A DNA stretch of 64,000 bases from Prorocentrum cordatum (Eukaryota), in assembly GCA_963575745.1 (NCBI GenBank), contig CAUYUJ010000037.1, positions 1 to 64,000 of the forward strand, given 5' to 3'. The notes below the pieces were generated by a model. That model was given only the letters and a program-made list of their open reading frames with translations. It was not told where the DNA came from and searched no databases. Positions 12,995 to 27,149 of this stretch are shown here, piece by piece (within the stretch, counting starts at the first letter, position 1; the number at the start of each line of letters is the position of its first letter). The translations under genes were made by a program, and so were the position numbers.

Positions 12995-14369
12995 CCACGA
13001 ACATCTCAGCTACTATAGTCGTGTGTGAATCTCTGCAGGAGGCCTCAGCTCGGCTAATATTGTGGCGATGGGGCTTTCAGTCGTTTTTCTCAGCCAATGG
13101 TGACAACCCTCTATCTCTCTGCAGTAAGGCGGTGAGCAATATCATCCTCAATCAAGTTGGGTGCTTCGGCTCTGCCCCTGGCTGCATCTCCTACGGTTCT
13201 GTTATCTCACAGCGCCGCTTGGGGAGGGTACCGACAGCAATCAGAGGGCTGCTTCCTGGAGTCGGTGGCTGCAAGTATTGGACACTGTGTGTTTCACGGG
13301 GTTCGCCTTCTACGTCATCATACCAGGCATTTTCGGGCTGTCTTTCTCCGCTATCCAGTGGGCACTCAAGTGGGGCTTGGTCAACAGCAGGTGTTGAGAG
13401 TCCGACGTCGCCGACAGGAGTTGCTATGTCCAATGTAGTTGGAGATCGGCTTTCAACGAGTATTTGGTTCTTTGCGAAGCAAAGGGCTGCAGGCGTCATC
13501 TCTTACGGTCCAGTTATCTCCCAAATCCGCCAGGGGAGTTTACAATCGGGGCTGCCGCTCACGCAGGTGGTCTTGCTTTTCTGGTGGTGGGAGCTTTCAA
13601 CTGTGCAGTGGATCAGTGCGCCATCCTCTACGGTTGTGTCCTCTCCCAATTCTGCCAAGGGAGTTTATAGTCGGGACTGGTGGTGAGTACAGCTGGTTTC
13701 CATCCCTCTGGCAATGAGAGCCGCAGATAGTCAGGTATTCAAGTCATCCGCTACCACTCTGTACATCAGTAGCGTGGGTTTATGACGGTTCAACAATCTC
13801 AACACTGGAAGAATGGGTGCAATCAGGTTGTCGGGTGCTGACTTTGTATTGTGCTTTATTCTGCAGCCATGGGGTTTCTCATTTTCTCGCGGACAGGGTG
13901 CAAGCTGCTAGTACTTCTGTCAAACTGCAGTGAAGGGCTGGGTCCAATTTTCTGCACCAACGGTCTCAATGGAAAGGATGTGCAGGGTAGTTTACGGCCT
14001 GGCACTGTACGCAGTTGTTGCTTGCAGGATGGTCAGGTGTTCTGGAACCGTTGGTGCGCACTGTTGTGGCGAAACGGCGCAAGTCCATGTTGCATCTCTC
14101 CTGCATTACGAAGGAGGGAGATCGTTTCCAGAGTTTCGGTTGGGAGGGTCTGAGGAGTCGGTCTTGCTCACGTGCGGCTCTGGCAGGGTGGGTAGCAGCA
14201 TAGCTAATGTCCGAGGAGGCGCAGATGTACGAACCATGTCATACTCGTTTGTCCAGCCAGCTTCCTGAAGGTTTTCTGGCCACGTGTTGACTCTGTGTTC
14301 GAAGTGAATGGTGCTCGCACCATCGAGGTCACATGCGCGTCTTGGCAGGGTTCCAGGTCGTCGTGGTCC

Positions 14370-15050
14370 GCCCTCCCTCCCTCCCTCCCTCCCTTACTAC
14401 TCCCTTCTCCCTGATCCCTCATCCCTCTTTCCTCCTCCCTCCTCCCTCCCCCCTCCCCCCACCTCCTCCTCCCTCCTCCCTCCTCCTGCCTCCTATTATT
14501 CCTCCCTCCTCTCTCCTCCCTCATCCTCCCTCCTCCCTCCTCCCTCATCCCTCCCTCTGCCCTCCTTCCAGCCGCAGCACGCCACTTCGCCTCCATAGCA
14601 GCAACAGGCCCCATCGAGGGAAGTCTCAGGGTGGATCTCGGCGCCCGAAGTGTGCTCTACAGGCAAAGACGCCCGTCTGAGATCGGCGGCCAAGCCGCGG
14701 CGGCCAGAGAAAGGCGCGCAAGCACCTTCTGGGAGGGCGTGATGAATCCATACGCGCCGCGCCGCTCCTTTCGCGCAGGCGGAACTCCCCGGGACGCGCC
14801 TCCTCCTCCTCCACCTCCTCCTCCTCCTCCTCCTCCTCCTCCTCCTCCTCCCCTCCTTCTCTCCTCCTTATCCTCCTCTCCTCCTCCTCCTCCTCCTCCT
14901 CCTCCTCCCTCCTCCTCCTCCTCCGCCTCTTCTTCTCCTCCTCTCCTTCTCTCCTCCTCCGCCTCTTCCTTCTGTGCCTGTTCCTGCGCCCCCTCCTCCC
15001 CCTCCTCCTCCTCCTCCTCCTCCTCCTCCTCCTCATCATCATCATCATCA

Positions 15051-15084
<34 letters not shown>

Positions 15085-15569
15085 GTCATCAGCAGCAGCA
15101 GCATCAGCATCATCAGCATCATCATCAGCAGCAGCATCATCAGCATCATGATAATCCTCATCAGCATCATCATCAGCATCAGCATCATCATCGTCATCAT
15201 CAGTATCAGCAGCAGCAGTAGCAGCATCATCATCAGCAGCATCATCAGTATTATTAGCATCATCATCATCATCATCAGCATCATCATCAGCATCATCATC
15301 AGCATCATCATCATCATCATTATCATCATCATCATCATCATCATCAACATCGTCACCATCAGTATCATCATCACCATCGTCAGCATCATCATCATCAGCA
15401 GCATTGTCATCATAATCATCAGCATCAGCATCAAAATCGTCAGCAGCATCAGCATCATCATCACCATCATCAGCAGCAGCATCATCGTCATTATCATCAT
15501 CAGCGTCAGCATCACCATCATCGACAGCATCATCAGCAGCATCATCAGCATCATCAGCATCAGCATCAG

Positions 15570-15601
<32 letters not shown>

Positions 15602-15998
15602 GCATCATCATCATCATCATCATCATCAGCATCATCATCGTCGTCGTCATCATCAGCATCAGCATCAACAGAATCATCAGCATCATCATCATCAGCAACA
15701 TCGTCAGCAGCATCATCATCATCAGCATCAGCATCAGCATCGTTATCATTGTCAGCATCATCATCAGCATCAGCAGCAGCATCATCCTAAGCATCCGCAT
15801 CATCATCGTCAGCAGCATCATCAGCATCGTCATCAACAGCAGCATCATCAGCATCATCAGCAGCAGCATCATCATCGTCGTCATCATCATCAGCAGCAGC
15901 ATCATCAGCAGTATCAGCATCATCAGCATCATCATCAGGATCAGCATCATCATCAGCAGCAGCATCATCATCAGCATCAGCATCAGCACCAGCATCAG

Positions 15999-16029
<31 letters not shown>

Positions 16030-17059
16030 AACAGCATCATCGTCAGCATCAGCATCATCATCATCAGCAGAAGCATAATCAGTATCATCATCAGCAGCAT
16101 CACCATCAGCGCATCGTCGTCGTCATCAGCATCATCATCAACAGCATCATCATCAGCATCATCAGCAGCATCGTTACCATCAGCATCATCAGCAGCCTCA
16201 GCATCAGCATCATCATCGTCAACATCATCATCAGCATCAGCATCAGCATCAGCATCAGCATCAGCATCATCATCAGCATCACCAGCATCAGCATCAGCAT
16301 CAGCATCAGCATCATCATCAGCATCAGCAGCAGCATCATCAGCAGCATCATCATCGTAGTCATCATCAGCATCATCATCAAAAGCATCAGCAGCATCATC
16401 ATCATCCTCATCCTCATCCGTAGCCTCATTATATTCCTTCTCCTCACCATCCTCCTCCTCCTCAGCTTCCTCCTCATCCTACTCCGCCTCATCCTCCTCA
16501 TCCTCCTCCTCCGCCTCCGCCACCGCCTCCGCCTCCGCATCATCATTATCACCATCAGCATCATCATCAGCATCAGCATCAGCATCATGATCATCATCCT
16601 TCTACTCATCCTCATCCTCATCCCCATCCTCATCATCATCATCATCCTCATCCTCATCCCACCCTCATCTTCACCATCTTCCGCCGCCGCCGCCGCCTCC
16701 TCCTCTTCCTCAACCTCCTCCTCCTCGTCCTCCTCCTATTCCTCCTCCTGCTGCTTCTCCTCCTCCTCCTCCACCTCCTCCTCCTCCGCCTCCTCCCCTG
16801 ATTCTCCTCCTCCTCTTCTTCTTCCTCCACCTTCTCATCTTCCTCCGCCTTCACTATCTCTTCTCCTCCTTCTCCTCCTCCTCCTCCTCCTCCTCCTCCT
16901 CTTACGGCTCCGCCTCCGCCTCCTCCGCCTGCGCCTCCTCCACCTCCTCCTCATCCTCTTCCTTCTCTTACTCCCCCTCCTCCTCCGCCTCATCATCATC
17001 ATCATCATCGTCACCATCAGTATCATCATCACCATCGTCAGCATCATCATCATCATCAG

Positions 17060-17129
<70 letters not shown>

Positions 17130-18046
17130 GGCATCATCATCATCATATGCATCATCATCATCAGCATCATCATCATCAGCAGCATCATCATCAGCATCAT
17201 CATCATTATCATCATCAGCAACAGCATTAGCATCAGCATCAGCATCATCATCAGCATCATCATAAGCAGCATCATCAGCAGCAGCATCAGCATCAGCCTC
17301 ATCACCATAACCATCATCAGCATCATCAACATCATCATCATCCTCTTCCTCATCAGCATCATCATCCGCATGGTCATCCGCATCCCCATCCGCCTCCTCC
17401 TCATCCTCGGCCTCCTCCTCCTCCGCCTCAACCTCCGTCTCCGCCGCCGCCTCCGCCTCCGCCTCCTCCGCATCCTCCTATTCCTCATCCTCCTCATCCT
17501 CCTCCTCCTCCTCCTCCTCCGCCTCCACCTCCGCCTGCGCCTCCTCCCCCTCCCCCTCCTCCTCCTCCTCCTCCTCCTCCTCCGCCTCCTCCTCCTCCTC
17601 CTCACCAGCATCATCATCATCAGCATCATCATCATCATCATCATCATCAGCATCAGCATCAGCATCAGCATCAGCATCATCATCATCAGCAGCATCATCA
17701 TCAGCATCATCATCATCAACCGCATCAGCATCATCAGCATTATCAGCATCAGCATCAGCATCAGCATCAGCATCAGCATCAGCATCAGCATCAGCATCAT
17801 CATAATCGTTCTCCGCATCAACATGAGCATCATCATCAGCATCATCAGCATCATCATAAGAAGTAGCAGCATCAACATCAGCATCAGCATCAGCAGCAGC
17901 ACCATCATTAGCATCATCAGTAGTAGCAGCATCATCAGCATCGCCATCGTCATCAGAATCGTCAGCAGCACCATCATCAGCAGGATCAGCATCATCGACA
18001 TCAGCATCAGCATCATCAGCAGCGTCATCATAATCAGCATGATCAA

Positions 18047-18096
<50 letters not shown>

Positions 18097-18178
18097 GCAT
18101 CAGCATCATCATCATCGCCAGCATCATCATCATCGGCATAGTCAGCATCAGAATCATCAGCTTCCTCAGCATAATCGG

Positions 18179-18257
<79 letters not shown>

Positions 18258-19326
18258 TGCAGCAGAATCAGCGTCAACGTAGTCAGCATCATCAGCACGA
18301 TCGGAATCATCATCAGCATCAGCAGCATCATCAGTGCCATCATCGGCATCATCATCAGCATCGTCATCTTCATCATCAGAATCGTCATCATCGTCGTCAT
18401 CAGCAGCATCGTCAACATCATCAGCAGCATCGTCAGCATCATCAAAATCAGCATCATCAGCAATAGCATCATCGTCAGCATCATCAACATCAGCATCAGC
18501 ATTATCAGCAGCAGCACCGACATCATCATCATCAGCATCATCAACATCATCAGCATCAGCATCAGCATCGTCATCATCGTCAGCATCAGCATCCTCATCA
18601 GCATCAGCATCATCGGCATCAGCAGCAGCATCATCATCATCATCATCGGCATCATCATCATCAGCATCAGCATCAACATCCGCAGCATCATCCGCGTCAG
18701 CATCATCATCACAGCACCATTACATCAGCATCACCATCCGCAGAATCACCATCGTCATGAACCTCATCATCAGCAGCAGCATCCGAACCATCAGCATCAT
18801 CATCATCATCCGCCTCCTCCTCCTCCTCCTCCTCCTCCTTCGCTTCATCATCCTCGTCCTCATCCTCCTCCTCCTCCTTCGCCTCCTACTCATCATACCC
18901 ATCCTCTTCCTCATAGTCATCCTCCTCCTCCTCCTCGTTCTCCTCCTCCCCCTCATCCTCCAACACCTCCTCCTCCCCCTCCTCATCGTCCTCCTCCTCC
19001 GCCTTCTCCTCATCATCTTCCTTCGCCTCCTCGTCCTCCTCCTCCTCGTCATCCTCACCCTCTTCCTCATACCCATCTTCATCCTCCTCCTCATCCTCAT
19101 CCTCGCCCTCCTCTTCCTCCGCCCCCTCCGCCGCCGCCGCCCCCTCCTCCCTCTCCTCCGTCTCCTCCTCCTGCTGCTCATCCTCCTCCGCTTCCTCCTC
19201 CTCCTCCTCCTCCTCGTCGGCATCATCATCGTCATCATCACCACCACCATCATCACCACTATCAACATCATCACCATCATCAGCATCATCAGAAGCATCA
19301 TCAGAATCATCATCATCATTATCAGT

Positions 19327-19363
<37 letters not shown>

Positions 19364-19391
19364 GCATCATCATCATCATCATCAGCAGCAG

Positions 19392-19423
<32 letters not shown>

Positions 19424-20522
19424 GCATCATCATCATCCTCATCATCATCATCATCATCAGCATCATCATCATCATCATCATCATCATCGTCATTAATATC
19501 ATCATCAGCATCACCATCATCAGCGTCAGCATCATCATCACCATCAGCACCAGCATCATCACCATCATCCGCAGCAGCATCATCACCCGAATCACCATCC
19601 AGCATCAGCATCATCATCAAATTCATTGGCATCATCATCAGCAGCATTAGCTTCGTCTTCGTCAGCATCAGCAGCCTCAACATCATCAACCTCACCATCA
19701 GCATCAGCAGCATGAGCATCAACAACAACATCATCATCAGAATCATCAGCATCAGCATCGCCAACAGCAGTATCATCATCATCAGCATCATCATCATCAG
19801 CATCATCATCATCAGCATCAGCAGCATCAGCATCATCAGCATCATCATCCTCATGATCCGCATCAGCATCAGCATCACCATCATTATCGCATCATCATCA
19901 TCCCACCATCAGCAGCATCAGCATCCTCATCATGATCGTCATCCACCTCCGACTGCTCCTCCTCATCCTCCTCCTCCTCCTCCTCCTCCTCCTCCCCCTC
20001 CTCCTCCTTCCCTCCCTCACGTCCTCCCTCCCTCCCGCTATTCCTCCCTCCCTCCATATCTCCACTCCATCCCTCCATCCACCTCCTCCTCCTCAACATC
20101 ATCCCCCATCCGCCTCCTCCTCCTCATCATGCTCCTCATCCGCCTCCCCCTCCGCCTCCCCCTCCTCCGCCGCCTCCTCCTACTCCGCATCCTTCCTCCT
20201 CCTCCTCCTCCTCCTCCTCCTCCTCCTCCTCCTCCTCCCTCCCTCCTCCTCCTCCTCCTCCTCCCCTCCCCTCTCTCCACCACCTCCACTTCCTCCTCCG
20301 CATTATCCTCATCCTCCTCCTGCTCATCATGTTCCTCCTCATCCTCCTCCTGCTCCTCCTCCATCTCACCCTCCTCCTCCTCCCCCTCCTCCTGCGCCTC
20401 ATCATCCTCCTCCTCCGCTTCTTCCTCCTCCTCCTCCTCCTCCTCCTCCTCCTCATCCTCCTCCTCCTCCTCCTCCTCCCCATCATCAGCATCATCATCA
20501 TCATCATCATCAGCATCATCAT

Positions 20523-20558
<36 letters not shown>

Positions 20559-20559
20559 G

Positions 20560-20604
<45 letters not shown>

Positions 20605-20731
20605 GCATCAGCATCAGCATCATCGACATCATCATCATCACCATCATCATAATCATCAGCATCAGCATCATCATCAGCATTATCATCGACATCAGCATCA
20701 GCATCGCCAACAGCAGTATCATCAGCATCAG

Positions 20732-20767
<36 letters not shown>

Positions 20768-21424
20768 TATCAACATCATCCTCAGCATGATCAGGTTCAT
20801 CATCAACATCAGCATCAGCATCCTCATCATCAGCACTATCATCATCGCCGTCGTCATCATCATCATCGTTGGCATCAACATCATCATCAGCAGCAGCAGC
20901 ATCATCACCATCATCAACAACATCATCATCGGCAAAACCATTAACAACATCATCATCATCAGCATGAGTAGCATCATCAGCCTCAGCATCGTCATCATCA
21001 TCAGAAAAATCAACATCATCAGCAGCATCAGCACCAGCATCACAAGCATCACCATCATCATCAGCAGCGTCAGCATCAGCATCGGCATCAGAATCGTCAG
21101 CCTCATCATCGTGACCAACAGCAGCATCATCGCCATCGGCATCATCATCATTACCACCTTTATCAACATCATCAGCATCATCCTCAACAGCATCATCAGC
21201 TTCATCGCCATCATCATCAGCATCAGCATTATCATTATCAACATCAGCGTCATCATCAGTAGCATAATCATCAGCAGCATACTCGTCATCATCATCAGCA
21301 TCAGTATCGTCATCGTCATCAGCATCATCAGCATCATCAGCAGCATCACCATCGTCGGCAGAATCACCAGCACCATGATCATGAGCATCATCATCATCAG
21401 CCGCATCATCTGTATCATCATTAG

Positions 21425-21480
<56 letters not shown>

Positions 21481-21654
21481 GCATCAGCATCAGCATCAGC
21501 ATCCTCATCATCAGCATCAGCATCATCCTCGTCCTCCTTCTCTCCAACCCTCCCTCCGTCCCTCCCTCACTCCCTCCTTCCATCCATCCATAAATACATC
21601 CATCCCTCTCCTCCTCCTCCTCCTCCTCCTCCTCCTCCTCCTCCTCCTCCTCCT

Positions 21655-21688
<34 letters not shown>

Positions 21689-21732
21689 CTCGTCCTCTTG
21701 CGTCTGCACATCCATCTCCACCTCCACCTCCA

Positions 21733-21763
<31 letters not shown>

Positions 21764-22654
21764 ATCCACCTGCACCACCTCCTCCTCCTCCTCCTCCGCC
21801 GCCGCCTCCTCTCCTCCTCCTCCTCGTCATCCCCTCTCCTCCTCTCACCTCCTCCCCTCCTCCTCCTCCTCCTCCTCTCCTCCTCCTCCCCTATTCCTCA
21901 TCATCAGCATCATCACCATCACCACCATCACCATCATCGCCATCATCATCATCATCAACATCATCAGCAGCAGCAGCAGCATCATCAGCATCATCATCAG
22001 CAGAATCGTCAGCATCATCAGCATCATCACCATCACCACCATCACCATCATCGCCATCATCATCATCATCAACATCATCAGCAGCAGCAGCAGCATCATC
22101 AGCATCATCATCAGCAGAATCGTCAGCATCATCAGCATCATCACCATCACCACCATCACCATCATCGCCATCATCATCATCATCAGCATCATCATCAGCA
22201 TCATCATCATAATCATCATCAGTATGACCATCATGATCAGCATCAGCATCATCATGGGCATCATCATCAGCAACAGTCTCCTCCTCATCATCATCATCAG
22301 CAGCATCAACATCATCAGCATCATTGTCAACATCGTCAGCATCATCATCAGCATCATCAGCAGCATCAGCATCAGCATCATCAGCAGCAGAATCATCATC
22401 ATCGTCATCAGCATCATCAGCAGCATCAGCATCATGGGCATCAGCATCCTCATCACCAGCATTACCATCGTCATCATCATCATCATCATCGTCAGCATGG
22501 TTATCATCATCATCACCTTCACCACAACCACCATCGTCATTAGCAGCATCATCATTATCAGCATCAGCAGCAGCATCATCAGCATCAGCATCATAACCAG
22601 AATCGCCATCGTGATCAACATCATCGTCATCATCATCAGCATCATCATCATCTG

Positions 22655-22706
<52 letters not shown>

Positions 22707-22862
22707 GTAATCAGCATCATCATCATCATCGTCCTCACCCTTATCCTCATCATCATCCTCATCAGCAGCACCATCAGCAGCATCATGTGCATCATCAGCA
22801 TCATCAGCAGCAGCATCAGAATCACCATCTTCAACAGTATCTTCATCAACGCCTCCACCATC

Positions 22863-22896
<34 letters not shown>

Positions 22897-23821
22897 TCAT
22901 CGTAATCATCAGCAGCAGCGGCAGCACCATCATCAGCATAGTCATCACCTGCATCAGCATGATCAACATCATCAACATCATCAGCATCATCAGCAGCAGC
23001 ATCAGCATCGTCTTCATCAGCATCAGCATCCTCATCATCAGCATCAGCATCATCGTCGCCAGCATCAGCATCAGCATCGGCATCATCATCGTCGTCGTCA
23101 TCAGCATCGTCAGCATCATCAACCTCATCATCATCAGTATCATCATCATCCCTCCCCCACCTCCTCTTCCTCAGCCGTCCCGCCCCCCCTCCCTCCGTCC
23201 CTCCCCCTCCTTTCCTCAATCCATCCATCCAGCCCTCCCCCCCTCAACCTCCTCCTCCTCATCAGCCCCATCCCCCTCTTCCCCCTCCTCATCATCATCA
23301 TCAGCATCAGCGTCGTCAACCTCATCATCATCAGCATCATAAGCAGCATCAGCATCATCAGCATCAGCATCATCGTCGTCGTCATCGTCATCAGCATCAT
23401 CGTCATCCTCGTCAGCATCATCATCGTCAGCATCATCATCAGCATCATCAGCAGCATCATCATCCGGATCATCATCATCAGCATCATCACAACCACCACC
23501 ACCACCGTCAGCATCATCATTATCAGCATCATCATCAGCATCATCATCATCATGAGCATCATCATCCTCATCATCCACCTCTTCCTCACCCTCCTCATCC
23601 TCATCTTCTCCAACCCTTCCTCCCTCCCTCTCTCTCTCTATCCCTCCCCCTCCCCCATCCATCCATCCATGCACCCCTCTCTTCCTCCTCCCTTCCTCCT
23701 CCTCCTCCTCCTCATCATCATCATCATCATCTTCCTCCTCCTCATACCCCTCCCCCTCCTCCTCATCCTGCTTCTCCTCCGCCTCCTCCTCCTCCTCCTC
23801 CTCTTCCTCCTCATCCTCCTC

Positions 23822-23855
<34 letters not shown>

Positions 23856-24782
23856 TCCTCCTCATCCTGCTTCTTCTCCTCCTCCCTCCTCCTCCTCCTC
23901 CTCCCTCCTCCTCCACCTCCACCTCCTTCTCCACCTCCTCTTCCTCCTTCTCCTCCTCCTCCTCCACCACCACCTCCTCCTCTTAGTATTATTTGCAGTC
24001 GCATGTTTATTATTATTCACAGTATTATCCTTAGCATGATTCGTGTAATTGTTGGTTGCGTAGTGTTCATATTAGTAGTTGTACTCCTATTCTTCTTCAT
24101 ATGGGTTATTACTATTAATTAGTCTTCTTCCTCCTCTCCTCATCATCAGCAGCAGCATCAGCATCGTCATCATCAGCAGCACCATCCATCATCATGGGCA
24201 TACATCATCAGAATCACCATCAACAGCATAAGCATCACCGTCATCATCAGCATCAGCATCAAAATCCGCATCACCACCATCAGCAACCGCGTCATCATCA
24301 ACATCAGCATCATCATCACCATCACCACCATCATCAGCATCATCATCACAAGCATCATCACAATCACCACCATCAGCATCCGAATTATCGTCACCATCGT
24401 CATCATTAGCATCACCACCACCAGCATCATCATAATCATCATCAGCAGCATCATCTACAGCATCATCATACGCAGCATCATCAGCATCAGCATCATCAGC
24501 CGCATCAACATCATCATCATCATCGTCAAAATCCTAATCAGCATCATCATCATCAGCAGCATCAGCATCATCATCATCGTTATCATCATTATCAGCAGCC
24601 AGCAGCATCAGCAGCAGCATCAGCATCAGCATCAGCCTGGGCATCATCATCAGCAGCATCAGCAGCGTCATCATCACCATCATCATCGTCACCTCCGCCA
24701 ACACCATCACCATGACCATCATCATCGTCATCGTCATCAGCATCATCATCAGCATCAGCATCAGCACCATCATCAGCATCAC

Positions 24783-24817
<35 letters not shown>

Positions 24818-25297
24818 CCATCATCACCCTCATCAGCATCATCAGCATTATCAGCAACATCAGCAGTATCAGCATCAGCATCATCAGCATCATCAGCATC
24901 ATCAGCATCATCAGCATCAGCATCAGCATCACCATTACCATCACCACCATCATCATCCACCTCCTCCTAATCCTCCATCCATCCTTCCCTCCCTCCATCC
25001 ATCCATCCATTCATCCCTCTCCTCCTCCACCTCCTCCTCCTCCAGATCCTCCTGCTCCTCATCATCATCATCGTCAATATCATCATCTTCATCAGCATCA
25101 TCATCATCATCAGCAGCAGCATCATCATCATCATCATAATCCACCTCCCCCTCCTCCTCAGCATCATCCTCATCCTCCTCCTCCTCCTCCTCTGTCCCTC
25201 CCTCCCTCCCTCCATCCATCCATCCGTCCATCCATCCATCAATCCATCCATCCCTCTCCTGAACCTCCTCCTCCACCTCCTCCTCCTCCTCCTCCCC
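14370..25297. repeat. ~11-kb compound (CAT/CAG)n-(CCT)n microsatellite field with a small unique island at ~14570-14800
   Basis: Direct inspection. Confidence 0.97.
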
Positions 25298-25404
25298 ACG
25301 CGTTCGGAATGCCAAACTCTGACGACACGCGCCCTCCCTGGAAGGACTCCAGCCAGACACCTTCTGTTCGCAGCGCTGGCTGTCGCTCGGCGCGGTCGAA
25401 ACAG

Positions 25405-25497
25405 GAGCGGGGCAACGTAAACGCTGATTATTACGCACGTCGGCTACACCCAGGAGTCAAAAGTGACCTTTGGTACGCGGATTCTGAGGGGCGCAAG
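25405..25497 (+). CDS. Candidate short internal exon of a host gene (ERGNVNADYYARRLHPGVKSDLWYADSEGRK)
   Basis: cag|G acceptor, AAG|gt donor, 93 bp, phase 0, protein-like composition, in a unique island between microsatellites. Confidence 0.35.
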
Positions 25498-25681
25498 GTC
25501 GCCAAATCCAAGCGCGCAAGCAGCCGGTGACGCATCGCGCTCAGCGATCGGGGGGACCACGATGAGCCCGCACCAAAGGTCACTCTGGCGAAGGGTCACT
25601 CTCACGTGTAGTCGAGCACAGGTGGGGAGAGGGGGATCTGTGCATGCGCCTTCTTGGCTTGGCCAGGGTAGCATTTACACG

Positions 25682-25935
25682 ATCTCTCTCCCTCTCTCTC
25701 TCTCTCTCTCATTTTCTCCTCTCCTCTCCTGTCCTATGCTCTCCTCTCCTCTCCTCTCCTCTCTCTCTCCTCTCCTCTCCTGTCCACTCTTCTCCCCTCC
25801 TCTCCTCTCTTCTCCTCTCTTCTCTCTTTTTATGTACCGCTCTCTCGTTTTCAGGATCTCTCTCTCTCTCTCTCTGCCTCTGTCTCTCTCTCTCTCTCTC
25901 TCCTTTATATTTCTCTCTCTCTCTCTCTCTTTCCC
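25682..25935. repeat. (CT)n / (CTCTC)n microsatellite
   Basis: Direct inspection. Confidence 0.9.
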
Positions 25936-26429
25936 TCTGCATATGCAAGTGTACATAAACATGCCTAAAAGTAAAGGCAAACATCCACAGCGTCAAGACA
26001 CATTTGGTTTACCCCTAGAAAGCACGTGATGAAAGCCAAACTCAACAGTAAAGAAAACAGAACAAGACTCCAGGCCATACACCATAGCAGAAGAGAAGGG
26101 GAGATTGCGAAATCGCGAGTGGCCGGGGTGGACAATAGGATACGGAATGATGATCAGAATGAGGCGCGGATGGGCATGACGACCTGGAAAAATAGAAAGG
26201 AGACAAAGACAACTGTCTGAGAGAACATAAGCGCAATCTGACCATGAGATCATAAGACCTCCGCTTCAACCAAACAAACTGAAACTTGCCAGGCAGCGGC
26301 AGCACAGAAGGATATTCCGGAAGGATTGCGAACACTATCGCATTCGTCTTGCAGCAGAGTGCTGAAAGGACCATGTGTGAACCTATACTACTTCGCTCGC
26401 TCCGCATGTCACTATGTGCATGTAAACCT

Positions 26430-26995
26430 ACATGCACAAACCCATGTAAACGTGTATATCTATCAATATGACTGTACATATCTGCATGCATGCATGATGT
26501 ATCGGCACTGCAATATATATATATATATATATATGATGTGCATATATATACCGTTTGTGGATACGCCTGTACACAACTATATAGATATGTACATATGTAT
26601 ATATGGATATGTTTACACGTGTACATATGCATGGATATGTGTATATGTCTCTCGATGTATACACATATATATATATATACATATGTATACCTCTCTCTCT
26701 CTCGCTCTGTCTCTGTCCCCCTCTCCCTTATGTATATCTATATATATGTATATATATATATATACATACGTGCCGAAGCATGTGTACATATATATAAACA
26801 CTTCTCTACAGGTATGCATAGATCCACACATGCATTCCCAACGACGCAGTGCTTCCATATACGGATGTACACATACAGTGTCTGTCCATGGAAAAATATC
26901 CGTAGCGTCTTCAATGTACTGATCAATGAATGAGGACTTCTCATACACATGTGTAGACATATGTGAGCAGATCCGTCTCTCTCTCTCTCTCTCCC
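26430..26995. repeat. Degenerate (TA)/(CATA)/(CT) low-complexity tract
   Basis: Direct inspection. Confidence 0.85.
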
Positions 26996-27149
26996 CACAC
27001 CCATCCGTGTCTCCCTCTCTCAGTCTGTCTTCCCAAAGGATTGAATGTGTTAAGACATACAGCGACGCATGCACGCACACATTCAACAAATGACCCTGCA
27101 CCAGGAACAAAGCCAAACACCCAAGCGGCTCCAGCGGGGAAGCCCTCCT

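Larger units (their letters stand above)
11723..14369 (+). mobile_element. SL-capped retroposed insert (retrocopy, or 5' part of a retroelement) within a CCT microsatellite
   Basis: Starts exactly at the SL, is complex intronless sequence, and is flanked on both sides by C/T-rich microsatellite; no poly(A) tail seen. Confidence 0.7.

Noticed and set aside
4590..25297. Long poly-I/S/H/M/D/P/L ORFs (up to 969 aa)
   Set aside because: Translations of triplet microsatellites that are open in several frames on both strands; the ORF at 12008-12994 is the exception.
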